Shown here: in pieces, positions 13,401 to 26,560 of the stretch
Numbering within the stretch: position 1 is the first letter of the stretch
Layout: each line of letters opens with the position of its first letter
Origin: the human T2T-CHM13v2.0 reference genome, Homo sapiens
DNA: 64,000 bases
Strand: one strand, 5' to 3'
Assembly: GCF_009914755.1 (NCBI RefSeq)
Contig: NC_060931.1
The notes under the pieces: generated by a model
What the model was told of the DNA's origin: nothing
The model's database searches: none
What the model saw: only the letters and a program-made list of their open reading frames with translations
Made by a program: the position numbers and the translations under genes

Positions 13401-14014
13401 GATTATTTCACTGAGAGTAATGTTTTCCAGGTTCACTGATGTTGTTACAAATGACAGAATTTCTTTCTTTTCTAAGGCTGAATAGTATTCCATTGTATGC
13501 ATGTGGTGTATGTGTGCGTGTGTGTGTGTGTGTGTGTATACCACATTTTCTTTATTCATCTGTTGATAGACACTTAGATTGATTCCATATCTTGGTTATT
13601 GTGAATAATATTGCAATAAACATGAGAGTGCAGATATCTGTTCAACATACAGATTTCAACTTATTTGAATACATACCCAGAAGTGGAATTGCTGGATCAT
13701 GAGGTAATTCTATTTTTAGTTTTTTAGGAAACGTCCATACTGTTTTCCTTAATGGCTGTACTGTTTTACATTCATTCCCACCAACAGTATAGAAGGGTTT
13801 ACTTTACTCCACATCCTCACCAAATGTTATCTTTTGTCTTTTATGCAGAATCTAAAAAAGTCAAACTTTTGGAAGTAGCGAACAAGGGGATGGGGGAAAT
13901 GCGAAAATGATGATTAAAGGGGGACATATATTTAGACAGAAGGAATGCATTTTTTGAGATCCATTGCACAGCATGGTGACTATAGTTAATAATAATATAT
14001 CCTGTATTTTACCA
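13401..14014 (+). mobile_element. L1MA fragment with 5' inversion (13401-13840 antisense, 13845-14014 sense)
   Basis: antisense ORF2-end/3'UTR, then sense 'gaatctaaaaaagtcaaact...gcacagcatggtgactatagttaataata'. Confidence 0.75.
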
Positions 14015-14703
14015 CAAACAGCCATATATTCTTTTCAGCAGCCTGAAGGTATCATCCCCATCACCTGCCTTTTTTTGTTGGGATGTCAACTTTCATAACC
14101 TCCTTTACTTCTTTAAGGGAATTCTTCCTTTTGTTCCTGGCTGGGTGCTTCTAAGGTTTTTCTCTTTGCCTTTTGTTTTCAGTATATCCAATAAAATAAG
14201 ACAGAACCGGGACCCCCCACCCCACCAACCTTAGGGGCCTGTGGGCCCCTCCAGGCATGGCAATAAAGGAAAATCTTGAGTTCCTTCAAGGGAAGTACCA
14301 GGCAGCTTGCTAGCACTGAGAAGTAAATAAGCAACATGATCAGCAAAAAGGTAACAGTAGCCCAAAACAATAGCCAAGGCAGCTAGAATCACAATATGTT
14401 TGCTTCTGTATAGAAACTAAGATAACATCTTAGCATATATCCCTGAGTTGTTTTTCAGAAACCCAGACCACCCCCACCCCACCAAAGGGATCCAATCCAC
14501 TGGCATGTAGACCTCAGATAAGGGGGAGCTGAGGACTGAACTCTGACTGACCTATGTTCTTTGTTCTAAATTTTTTCCTGACGGGCCTGGAGGAAGTCAC
14601 ATCCGTGAGCCAGGGCTGACATTCTTTTCTGCTGACCCCAAATTTTTAAAAACAAAGCTTCTATTCCTTAACCAATTGCAAATTGGAAAATCTTTAAATC
14701 TGC

Positions 14704-15146
14704 TATTAAAGCAAACTAAATATGGTGTGAGAAGGGCTCCATATTTCCATATTTGAGTCTTTGTGGATGCACTGTAACCTAGCCTAATAGGCAGACAAGA
14801 CTGAAAACCTAAATTAGGAGTATGCACCTTTAACAATAGCTGAGCCTTGGCCCATCCCAGAGGCCATACTTCAACCACTCATAGACCGCTAAGTGTTCAA
14901 ACAGTGTTCAAATGAGGCAAACACCAACCTGTAACCAATCCATCTGTTTCTGTACCTCACTTCCAATTTCTGTACATCACTTCCCTTGTTTTTTTCTTGT
15001 CTATAAATTTGTTCTGACCACGAAGCATCCCTGGAGTCTCTCTGAATCTATTGTGATTCTGGGGGCTAGGGCTGCCTAATTCGCAAATCGTTCATTTCAC
15101 AATTAAACTCCTTAAATTTAATTTGGCTGAAGTTTTTCTTTCAACA
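14704..15146 (+). mobile_element. MER57A1 solo LTR
   Basis: 't(a)ttaaagcaaactaaatatgg...gaagtttttctttcaaca'; TSD ctgc/ctac. Confidence 0.9.
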
Positions 15147-15267
15147 CTACCTATGACCTATAAGCCCCCAAGTCTAGGTATCCTGCCCTTTTAGGCTAAA
15201 ACTAATGTGTGACCTCCATGTATTGATGTGCAACTTTTCCTTCTGCTTTCCTGAAATTTACCTCTGC

Positions 15268-15991
15268 TGAAACCATCACTGCAAAATCATAACAAACGGT
15301 GAAAGAAATCTGACTTAACCAACTCCATCTTGCATCTAATCTCAAAGCTGTCCTTGTTCATTCCTGGGCATAGGCCGAGCTAACTTTGGAAGAAACTTAG
15401 TTTATAGTCTATAGTTTGAAACAAAGACGATAACAGCCCTTTCCCAAAACAAACCACCTTCTTTCCTGGGTACTAGACTGCCTTTGTAAGACTAACAGAT
15501 TGGCCAAAAGATTAGAAATTATGGTTTAGGAGTCATGCAGCTAAAGGCTACAAGGTTCTGGCCCTCCTCAAGTTGTTTCTAGAGATAAATCACTGTTGTG
15601 AAACCTAAGATCAGTGCCTGACATATTTTGCAGACCCCGAACTTGATGGATCAGCTGGCACCACCCAGCTTGTTAAACTGGCTCATCTGATCTTGTGGCC
15701 CCCACCCAGAAACACTCAGGGCAAGAAGACAGCTTCGACTCCCTATGATTTCATCTCTGACCCAACCAATCAGCACTCTTAGCTCACTGGCTTCCCCCAA
15801 CCCACCAAGTTGTCTTTAAAAGCTCTTCTCCCAAAATGCTCAGGGAGACTGATTGGAGTAATAATAAAACTCCTCCTGTCTCCTGCACAGCGGACTCTGT
15901 GTGAATTGCTCTTTCTCTGTTGCAGTTACCCTATCTCGATAAATTGGCTCTGTCTAGGTAGCAAGCAAGGTGAAACTGCTGGGCAGTTACA
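15268..15991 (+). mobile_element. LTR8 solo LTR
   Basis: 'tgaaacc...gcaaaat...gggcagttaca'; perfect TSD ctgc (15264-67 / 15992-95). Confidence 0.92.
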
Positions 15992-17431
15992 CTGCCTTTA
16001 AAAACCCTTACCTTCAAGGAATCAGGGAGGTCAAGACTTAAGCATGAGCTGCCTGGTCCTTCTTGCTTGGTGCCTGCAAGTAAATGCCTTCTTCTGCTGC
16101 AAACCTCTTACTGCCCTAGTTCTTTCAATAACATAGTGTGTCTATGTGGGAATTGCATTTATACTCTGGTGGTTTCTGGGGATTCTTGAATTTATGAAGT
16201 GATATCTTTTATTAGTTCTTGAATATTTGCTGCCATTACCACTTCAGAAAAAAAAATCACCTTTGCCCCATTTGCTACTTCTGGGATGCCAATTAAATAT
16301 AGGTTAGATTGGCCCACTGAATTCCTTCTCTATATTTTGCCCTTTATTCCTAGCTTCTAAATTTCTGTCTCTCTATGGGCTTTTGTTCCACATTCAGTTT
16401 TACTACTTATCTCTTCAGCTATGTTTATTAGCTTTCTTCTGTGTTCTTAATTTCATTCTTAGTATTTTCAGTTCCAGAATTTTTGCTCGGTTCTTTCCCA
16501 AACCTGCAATGTCACTTTGTTCTGGTTTCTAATTCACATATTAAAAGCTTGGCTCATATTCTTTTGTAAATAGTAAGTTGACTTGTTTTATAATCAGAAT
16601 TTTTTCATTTTAATTTCTAAGTGGATGCAGTCCGTTTTTGTTCTCTGCTCCCCACCTCCCAACCTACCCATGGGCTCCCATTCATGTTTCTTGCCTTCTT
16701 GCATGACAATTTGCCCTTTGCTATTTTCTAGATATTGGAATCTAGAATCTAGATACAGATGTTATAGAAATAATTGGAGTCTAGGCTCATGTTTTCATCC
16801 TCCTGTAAAGATGTCTTTTGGTTAGTTTGTTTCTGCTAGGAGTCTGGCAAATTTCTACTTTGATTTCAAACTAGACTTTTCAATTTTACAAAGGTGGATT
16901 GCAGGGCAGTTTGTTGACTTGTTTGTGACCAGTTTTTTTCTTAAGAGAAGATACAGACTTTTGACACCCCTAGAAGTGAGGAGGCTTTATCAGGCAGACT
17001 GGACCTCACTTGTGTGAGCATAACTACCATAACTCGGTTATGCAGGTCTTTCTTAATGATTAGAAAAAACTCACAGGGCTGATGTGGCTTTTGAACACTG
17101 AGCTGGATTCTGCAACATACTCCACACACAGTTGAGGTGTTTTCAGTAGGAGGTGTGATCTGAGCTCTCTATTTTTCTACTTTTACAAGAAGAATGATGA
17201 AAGTATAAAGGGGCCTTTGTACAGAATGATGAAAATATAAAGGACTGACAGATTCTCCTTAAGTTTACAGGTATTCTGCAAGCTATTCTGAAATAATAGG
17301 TAACAGATTACACAACTATATCACCTCTGTAGGTACACTCTGCAAGCTGTTCTACTAAGTCATGTGAAAATGTAAGGTGTGTCAAAGAAGAGCATCTGAG
17401 TTTAGCTGTGTTGTTTTGTTTGGTTTTAACC

Positions 17432-17506
17432 AGCCTGGATATAAAAAGGGAGGTGCCAATTAGACAAAGAATTATTTTAAAAGAAATATGTAATACTTAT
17501 GATGAT
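17432..17506 (+). pseudogene. possible Gypsy protease-RT linker remnant
   Basis: SLDIKREVPIRQRIILKEICNTYDD resembles the 'L..EQ...L..LL.EY.DVF' helix before Ty3/Gypsy RT; short, so weak. Confidence 0.35.
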
Positions 17507-17509
17507 AAT

Positions 17510-18360
<851 letters not shown>

Positions 18361-18439
18361 AATTTTCTGTCTCAGAGTAACTCCTGAGATTGTTGAAGAA
18401 TCTGTTATTGTTTCAGGAAAAAAATGCTTATGGAAGGAA

Positions 18440-19470
18440 GCTAAGAGTGTGGCAGAGTAAGGGAAGCCACAAGTTAACTTTCTCATACTGCTATTTCATC
18501 CTCATTTCAGAAACAGCAGCATAGCACCAGAAAGCTCCTCCTCAGAAGACTGACTTCTTGTTCAGATTCTCTATGGTAATGTTGCTTGGAAAGAGATTAT
18601 GAGTTTTCTTATTGTTGAGGGATGGAGGAGAAATATACATAGTCGATGTACCAGTGTGTTGATTGATTTATGCCCTTCATCTCGGAGGGAATCCCTGAGA
18701 ATATGGGTATGCTTCCAGCCTACTTTGCTAGATTTAGGAGGTGGGCATCATGCATCAGTATTGAGCCACCATATCGACGTTAGTTGTTGTTAAAACAGAA
18801 TTAAGTTTCTGAGCACAATATCTAACACCTTGCACCTACTCCACCACCACTGTCATTAACAGAACATAGAAGAACAAGTAATTGGTTTTGATATACCTTT
18901 TGGCTTTAATGTCCTGGGTCAGAGCTTTGTGCCTGATGAAACAAATATGCATTTTCTTGAACTAGTTCATTTGGCCTGGACAAATGCTCTCCAAAGTATG
19001 AACCAGGTTGTCATCTCATATCTGACAATATTTTAGATCATGGGCATGGTGCAGGGCTTCATACCTCTTTAGCACATTATGCCAGGTTCTGTAAGAACTT
19101 GATGGCAAAACACTCATATTGGAGATACAGCAATAACAGGGAGTTCTTGACTATATAGTGAAAAATATGGGATGGGTCATACTGACTGAAGTAAGAATCT
19201 TGTGAATGGGCCAAGCATCTGGTCTTTTGGAGTTGGGAACCAGTTGTGCATCTGAGGAAGGTGAGGTCTGGAATCAGGAGATAGAGGGTAATGCATGAGC
19301 TAGACTCAGTTTTCTTATGGAGGGTTTTGTGTGACTGTTTTCTCATCGGTCAACCTAGAATTTTGCTAATATCTTCTGGCATAACATTATTACATTCATC
19401 AAAGTGGGTTCTAGAATTTCAACATGACTTCATGCTGTTGCAGTAGACTTTTAATTTGAACATCACTCTC
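18440..19470 (-). pseudogene. decayed Ty3/Gypsy RNase H C-terminus plus integrase remnant
   Basis: Minus-strand motifs in canonical order: AHALPSI (~ADALSR, 19280-19300); EALHHAHD...CPGQMN*FKKMHICFIRHK (HHCC finger, from 19060); YIKTNYLFFYV (~PI.T..PF..V..D); QGVRYC; TTTNVDMVAQ; AYPYSQG (~AYHPQSNG, 18692-18712); SEMRMK*QYEK (~Q.RMK..YD, 18479-18511). Confidence 0.6.
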
Positions 19471-19485
19471 TGTAAATCCAGTGCA

Positions 19486-19516
19486 GTGTGTGTGTGTGTG
19501 TGTGTGCGTGTGTGTA
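19486..19516. repeat. (TG)n microsatellite
   Basis: direct; a second (TG)n lies at ~19887-19913. Confidence 0.9.
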
Positions 19517-20574
19517 TAAAGGGCCTTCTCTAGATCATTTAGATTGCCTTCTTTAGTTGCAATGGTGTGCATAGTAAAAATCCAAACAGAAATTGGCTGA
19601 AATGATTTTACATTATATCAATAAAGAAAGCTCAAGGGGATTTTGTTTAGTGATTAGGGACCCAGGTCTGCCTGTGGTTCTGTGGCCTTTTCTCAGTGCT
19701 GACTTCATCTTCTGTTGGGGCAAGATGGCTCCAAAACTTGGAGTATCCAGACAGATACTTCCATGCCTATATACATACAAACTCATTATTCCAAAACTAC
19801 AATATAGGTTGAAAGTTCCGGGAGACAAAACAACTTTCAGACAAATAACATATGTTATATATTTATTTCTGGCTTTGTGTGTCTAGCGTGTGTGCATGTG
19901 TGTGTGTGTGTGTAAAATGAAAGCAAACTATGAATTTAGGATGAAATTTAAAGAGAAATCTAAGGAAGACATTTAAATCAATGTTAATAAATGACAGTAA
20001 CTACAAATAAAATGGATGTAAATATCTCCTTAAATATTTGAAAGCAGTAACATTATGACCTGACCAGCATATGTATTTTAGTCTGTCTGCTCATATTCAA
20101 ATTCTATTTCCTGTAAATTCCTCTCAAAGCTTATGCATCACTGGTTTAAAGCAATTGATATTGATATTCTGCATTGAGATATATACAGACATGTGGACTT
20201 AGTCATTTTCTTTTTTTGTTTTATAACTATTTTGTGTAAAAAGAGTATGTATTTTCTTATATTTATAAAACAAGAATGCCTCCTTGGTTTCCCCTTTTCT
20301 TCTCTCTCTTCATCTTTCTGTCTGTCAATTAATTATGCACACACATACTTATCATATATTTCCTTGTTATTTGGGCAATTCTGGCCCAATAAAACATATA
20401 CAAGACAATGGAAGCGGCATCGATTTAGACCAAGGTAATCTGTCATTGCAGTAAGTGTTCTTTTCCTCCTATGAAATGAGATGCTGGCACAGTAAGACCA
20501 CTGTTTGGGGAAAATAGTGAGGTCCCTGAAAATAATTGCAGTGGAAGGAAATGAATGTCAACTTGACAATAAAT

Positions 20575-20770
20575 AACTGCACGTTTAAAATGTGCCAGGG
20601 ACTATGCTTAGTAGGTTCTTTATTGATGTTTACAACAGTCTTATAAGCCAGTTACTATTAATATACTGATTTACAGACAAGGAAAGTGAAGCCCAGACAG
20701 ATTAATTAACATGTCCAAGGTCACAGAATTGATAATAGGGTTGAGACAGGAATGCTGGCAGTCGAGTTAT
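20575..20770 (-). mobile_element. MIR
   Basis: 'ttacagacaaggaaagtgaagcccagacagattaattaacatgtccaaggtcacag'. Confidence 0.75.
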
Positions 20771-21019
20771 ATCCTAGAAGATCTACTTGTTGTCCATGGA
20801 TTTCCTCTTCAATGAGCAGGTCAGAGCTGTATGTTAATTTGGACGTACTGGTGTTGCTGTAATGAAGAGGCAGCTGCACCAAGCCAGGGTGCCACAGGCC
20901 TATTGCATGATGCTTACTTTTTCATGTATGCTTTTAGCTTTAGTCTTTGCTTGTCACTTTGTTCTCATGAAATACTTCCTGGAAACTGTCAAAGAAACTT
21001 ATACAGTATCTTACAACAA

Positions 21020-21085
21020 GTAATTATTGTTTACATTATAAAGATGAGGAAATTGAGGTTCAAAGAGGTCAAGTAACTTGACCAA
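21020..21085 (-). mobile_element. MIR core fragment
   Basis: 'agatgaggaaattgaggttcaaagaggtcaagtaacttgacc'. Confidence 0.75.
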
Positions 21086-22014
21086 TATCCAAAAATCCTC
21101 CCTTTTGAAATGTCCATGGATTTACATACACAACATACTTAATCATATACAAAACATCTTCTTGTGATACTTTTTAGAATGTTGCTGGGTGGTGGGCTTT
21201 TCTAACAAAAACATCCAATATATTCTCTTTTTTTTTCTTTTGGTCAAATTTTAAATTTCCTGAGAATTTGGATTTTCTCACAGAGCTGCTCTGGAAATGT
21301 AAGTGTAATTGCAGCAACAACTAAAGAAAAAAAAAAGCCCTAAAATCCCATCCAATATTTCTCTTAGTACCTTTAGTCATAAGCTAAAAAGCACTTTGAA
21401 GTCTGTGGGACACCAGCAATTCTGTTTGTTTGGCAACTCGCTGCAGTGAGTTAATGATTTCTTTGGCATTTTCTGAGACTTTCAACAGCAGTTACTTTTA
21501 AATCCCCTATAAAGGTCTAGAGAAGCCTTGGGACATTTTCATTTGAGATGATAACAAAGTCATTTTAGGAGAAAAACTGGGTTGTGCTGTGAAAGGTTCT
21601 GAAGATGGAGCCCAGATGCTCAACCACTACCTGAACTCCAATCTGGGCTGCAAATGCGGAGGGAATAACCATCCCACAAAATGTCGTGTTTCCCAGCACA
21701 AGTGAGTGCCAAGAATTTAAAAGATTAAGGGAATTGAGAGGAACATGAGTGAGGCAGCCAACCTCTCTAAAAGTCAGGAGCCTGGTACATGGCTGCAGAG
21801 AAGAAAGGTAGCAAAACTCTTCATTATGTGACTCTTAGGGGGAAAATTCAATTTTAATATTATCTTATTTTTATCAAATAGTAGCCTTCAGGTTTGTATT
21901 GTTATGAATGTTTATATATTCAACAGCAAAACAGTAAAATTCAAAGATTATTTATGATGATTTTACCTCTTATTTCTGGAATGTTGTAATTGCATGGATA
22001 TTAAATAATAATGT

Positions 22015-22387
22015 TGATATGGTATGGCTCTGTGTCCCCACCCAAATCTCATCTCTAATTGTAATCCCCACATGTCAGAGGAGGGGCCTGGTGGGAGGTG
22101 ATTGGATTATGAGGTGGATTTCTCCATTGATGTTCTCATGATAGTGAGTGAGTTCTCACATGATCTGATGGTTTAAAACTGTGTGGCACTTCCCCATGTG
22201 TGCTCTCTCTGTCTCCTGCTTCACTGTGGAAAGACATGCCTTGCTTCTCTTTCATCTTCCATCATGATTGTAAGTTTCCTGAGGCCTCCCTAGCCTTGTG
22301 GAAATGTGAGTCAATTAAACCTCTTTTCTTCATAAATTACCAGATCTCAGGTAGTTTTTTACAGCAGTATGAAAAGGGAGTAATGCA
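22015..22387 (+). mobile_element. THE1D solo LTR (MaLR)
   Basis: 'tgatatggtatggctctgtgtccccacccaaatctc...taatgca'; perfect TSD aatgt. Confidence 0.93.
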
Positions 22388-22819
22388 AATGTATTTTACA
22401 AAGAATAATAAGTACTCATATTGAGAAATTGGATATTAAAGATGATTTTCCATCAAAACAAATGGATTCAGCTCTGTTTTAGCCACTCAAACCGTGTCAC
22501 TTTGGCCAAAGCATTTAGTCTTTTGAAGTCTTAGCTTACTTTTAAAAAATAATCATGACCAACACAATGAACTCTGAGACCCATTTGTCTGCAGCAGAGT
22601 GGCCTGGACAGCACAGCAGCAGATTAGCATCTTTGCCCAAAGTTGGGCAAGGCAAAAAGTGGAGTGAATGTTAGATTTTGAAAGCCTATGCATTTAGAAA
22701 GGACATGCCAAGTGTAGAACAACAATTTTTTGATAAGTGGGATGAAAATAGGAAGCACTCTATCCAGTTTTTTTTACTCAGTTGTTTTTCAGTGGAACTA
22801 TTCTTGCTTGATTAATTGA

Positions 22820-23560
22820 ATAGTGTTCATCCAGCTGTCAAGGCTGGAAATCTGACTCCTCCCTTTAATCCTAAATAACTTAATTGGCCTTCTACCATGA
22901 ACCACCACTTGATCCTTCCCTGTAAATCTCAAATGAATGAAATGTCCTTGATCCCATCTCTGAAATTTCTCTCACACCCACCTCAGCTTTCACAGCTCAT
23001 TTTTCACCTGCATTATTAGAATAGTGGTCCCCCAGTGGGTTCCCCACCTCTGGAATCTATTTGTTCCTCTCCAGTTTCTACACTAGAGCATGAACACATT
23101 GCTCATGCCTGCTTCTCTTCCATGGCTTCTCATTACATATAGATCAAGTCAAATTTCTTTACCTTTTTATGCAAAGCAGGTCATAATATGGCTGCAACCT
23201 GCCTGTCCAGTGTTATCTCTTGTCTGAATCCTGATTTAGATTTAAAGGGGCACAACCAGCAGAACTACACTTCATTCCACAATCACACATCATTCTTGCC
23301 CACTTATCTTTCTTGTATATTTTGCTGTTAAAATTCTATGCATGCTTTAAAGCCACAAATATTACTTCATCTATGCAGCCTTCTGGTTTGTACCTGTTTA
23401 GAAATTAAGTTTTCTTATTTTGCACTTTCAAAAGACCATGAATGTCAATATGGCAGTTACCATATTTGATGTGACACTATATTAACAGCAGGGTCTTAAT
23501 GTATGTATCTTCATATATTTTCAATGTTCAGCCAAGGGGAAGCAATAACTGTATGTTTGG
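22820..23560 (+). mobile_element. L2 fragments
   Basis: 'catggcttctcattacatatagatcaagtcaaatttc' and neighbouring pyrimidine-rich L2-like blocks. Confidence 0.5.
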
Positions 23561-24000
23561 ATTGAAATAGATAGCATGGACCTAGCTCAATGCATCTAAC
23601 CCATTTCTACTATATGATCTAGTAAGAGAAGTCCACAAGTTCATTCATTTTTCTGGGCATGGTCTATCTACTGCTGATAAATCAATACATCTGTTGCTTA
23701 TTTTATGCCCCTTTATCCTTTCTAATCCCTTCCTGACAGAAGTGGGGAGTGTAGTGCTGGTTTGTCTTAGAGGGAAATACAGAGAGGTTGAAGGGCTTTA
23801 GAAGATATTATTCCAGAGTCACATTAATGCACTAACTTGCCTGTCAATCAATACCAATGTAAAAATGTATTAACTCTTCAGCTTTTCCACATTTCCTGAC
23901 ATGAAATTTTGGCAAAAATTAGATAGGAGCAAATGACTCACTAATTCTAATTTCATTTCATTTCTTTAGAAATAATGCTTAGATGTGACTAGAGATACAC

Positions 24001-24066
24001 AGAGAGAGAGACAGAGAGAGAGAAACTGAGAGACAGAGATGAGGAGAGAGAAAGAGAGAGAGAGAG
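24001..24066. repeat. (GA)n repeat
   Basis: direct. Confidence 0.9.
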
Positions 24067-24374
24067 CGATTCTGTAAAGGGCTCTGAATTTATTGACTCA
24101 CACAACCATACAGAACCAGGGAGAGGAGAATGTTTCTGCCAAATGAATAGAAGTGAAAGTTTAAAAATAAATAAACAAAAATTACTGCATCGAGTTCTTT
24201 CATTCCTCCAATTAATGACCTTTTCTTAGCAGTTTAACCTCTCTTGGGAGTAAAAGGGAGCTAGGCAAAGGGTAGACAGCAAAGAGCCTAACATAGAGAA
24301 GAGGAGCTCTGGGTCACCTGGGTGAACTTTCATTTGCTAAATCAAAAGGATACATAACTCATCCTCATTACCTT

Positions 24375-24837
24375 TTGTCCAAGGCAGAATAAACAACATC
24401 AAAACTGGAAAAAAAGATGAGTTTACAGCTTACTTAATTAAGGAAGTGCTGTGCTTATTAGGGACAGTCTCACTGAGCAGAGCTGCATGCTAGTCTTAGA
24501 AGCCATATCAGGTTAGTGTTGGTTAGAGTTGTCTTGGTTACAGTGATAGCAGTGGGTTGTCAACAGCATTAGAAACAGATTATTAGGCACAACTGTGTTG
24601 AACTGGCTGGGTTCAGAAGTATGATCACTGGAGTGAGGCTGCCACTGTCTTTAAGCATGGTGTCACTAACTGGCCAACTTTCGGTGGTGTGTTCAGTTAT
24701 TAATTGATTGGATTATGGTGTGTTGTCATTGATAGATCAGGCAGGATTAAAACCAGTTCTGGCATTTACTTGTTACCATGGTTATAAAACAATCTGTCTT
24801 TTCCCATGGATGAGGGACTTTCAAGTTTGCACTATCA
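24375..24837 (-). mobile_element. possible old unclassified LTR
   Basis: ~460 bp with TG...CA-compatible ends and recurring 'actggctg/attgattgg' motifs; family not recognised. Confidence 0.25.
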
Positions 24838-26269
24838 TGTACATTTTGTCATACTTCGTATTTTAAAATCACATTTTACTTCTATTTTCAGGAAGATCGA
24901 GTGGACTTTCTTTTCTCTACCTTTCCTGCTAACCATAACTGTCATTATATATAAAACAAATATATGAAAACTCTGAAAGTTGTAAAGGAGAAGGCAGATA
25001 GGCCAGGGACCCTGGGACCTAGAAACAACGGGGTGGTGAGTTCCCTGGGTATTCATTTTGCTTCATGTATCTAAGACTTGGAGATGAAGAAGCCAGAAGC
25101 TCAGAAATGTCAACTGGCACAAACTAAATCTCTCTCTCCACTGAACCCCTACTCTGTCTAGCCAAAGAACTAGGAAAGGGGCAGCATAACAGAAATAATA
25201 CTTTGAAACAAAACATGATCTACTCAAATGAAATGCCACAGAAAAAACAGTGGTCTCACCCCGACCCAGGCCATGAAAGGCCAAGTAAGGAGCTTTTACT
25301 TTCACACTCTTCAGGCAATAGCACCCACCCACAGCTCTCAACAGTGTGGTGCCAGCTTGAGACAGGAGCCAGGACTTTCATCGCTGCTAAGAAGTAATGA
25401 TCCTGACCCCCTGAGTGGTCTCAGTGGAGACCACATAGGGTACACGGACTTCTGCCTCACCTGACAGTAACAAAATGCCAGTCTGCCTCTTCACTGGGAT
25501 GGTGTCAAAGGAGGCTTCATAGAGAGTCAGGACTTTCACCACCCCTAGCAGTAGTGAGACCACCCCAGGGGTGTTGGTAGAGGCTGTGTGGGGAACAATA
25601 AAAAGGAACTCATATTCACCTCTGCCAAGGAGGTTTGAATGAGGGACAAGTAGAGAGGCAGTAATGAGGAGCACACACCCCTCAGGGGTCAGCAGAGACC
25701 AAGAGGGGAACCTGCACTTCCAATTCACTTTGAAATAATGAAGTAGTTCCTTCTCTTCCCCCGCCAGAGTGGTGTCAAAGGAAGCCAAGTGAAACAGAAG
25801 GTTCCAGAAGATCCAAAGTCCCAGAATATAATAATCAAAATATTCAGGTTTCAATAAAAAATTACTTGTCATACAAAAACCAGGAAAGCCTCCACTTGAA
25901 TGAAAAAGAAAATCAGCAGATGTCAATGCTGAGTGACAGGTTTTAGAATCCCTGACAAAGATTTTGAAGCAACTTTTGTAAAAATGCTTCAAGGAACAAT
26001 ACCAAATGTGATTGAGACAAATGGAAAAAAGAAAGAAAGAAAGAAAACCTCAGCAACTAAATTGGCATTATAAGGAAGAACCAAATGGAAATGTTAGAAC
26101 TGAAAAATATAATAAGCAACATTTAAAAATACTCAATGGATGGGTTCAGCAGCAGAATAGAGGGAATAGATGAAAGAATTAGTGAACCTGAAAATAGAAC
26201 AATAGGAAATATTCACTCTAAACCACAGAGAGATAGACTGGAAAAAAATAAAAATGAAAAAGCCTCGGG

Positions 26270-26560
26270 GGCTAGGTGTGGTGGTTCATGCCTGTAATCC
26301 CGGTACTTTGGAAGGCTGAGGTGGGCAGATCACCTCAGGTCAGGAGTTTGAGACAAGCCTAGCTAACATGGTAAAACCCCATCTTTAATAAAAATACAAA
26401 GATTAGCTGGATGTGGTGTCACGTGCCTGTAATCCTAGCTACTCAGGAGGCTGAGGCAGGAGGATCACTTGAACCCAGGAGGCAGAGGTTTCAGTGAGCC
26501 GAGATTGCACGGCTGCACTCCAACCTGGGTGACAGAGCGTGACTCCTTCTCAAAAAAAAA
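26270..26560 (+). mobile_element. AluS
   Basis: full dimer. Confidence 0.95.

Larger units (their letters stand above)
14197..16133 (+). mobile_element. MER39 solo LTR, split in three by two LTR insertions
   Basis: 'ataaaggaaaatcttgagttccttcaaggg', 'cctatgacctataagcccc', 'cctttaaaaacccttacc' are collinear MER39 pieces. Confidence 0.85.
14020..17170 (-). mobile_element. very old L1M ORF1/5' region interrupted by the MER39 nest
   Basis: 'ctaaggtttttctctttgccttttgttttcag' and 'ttctgggatgccaattaaatataggttaga...agtattttcagttccagaattttt'. Confidence 0.55.

Noticed and set aside
18440-19470. hAT transposase (CLAH and 'VLKRYEAL' resemblance)
   Set aside because: Only two loose motifs in different frames, against seven ordered Gypsy RH/IN motifs.
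25387-25992. 201-aa minus-strand ORF
   Set aside because: Antisense to the repetitive L1M 5'UTR/ORF1 start, non-ATG start, no recognisable domain.
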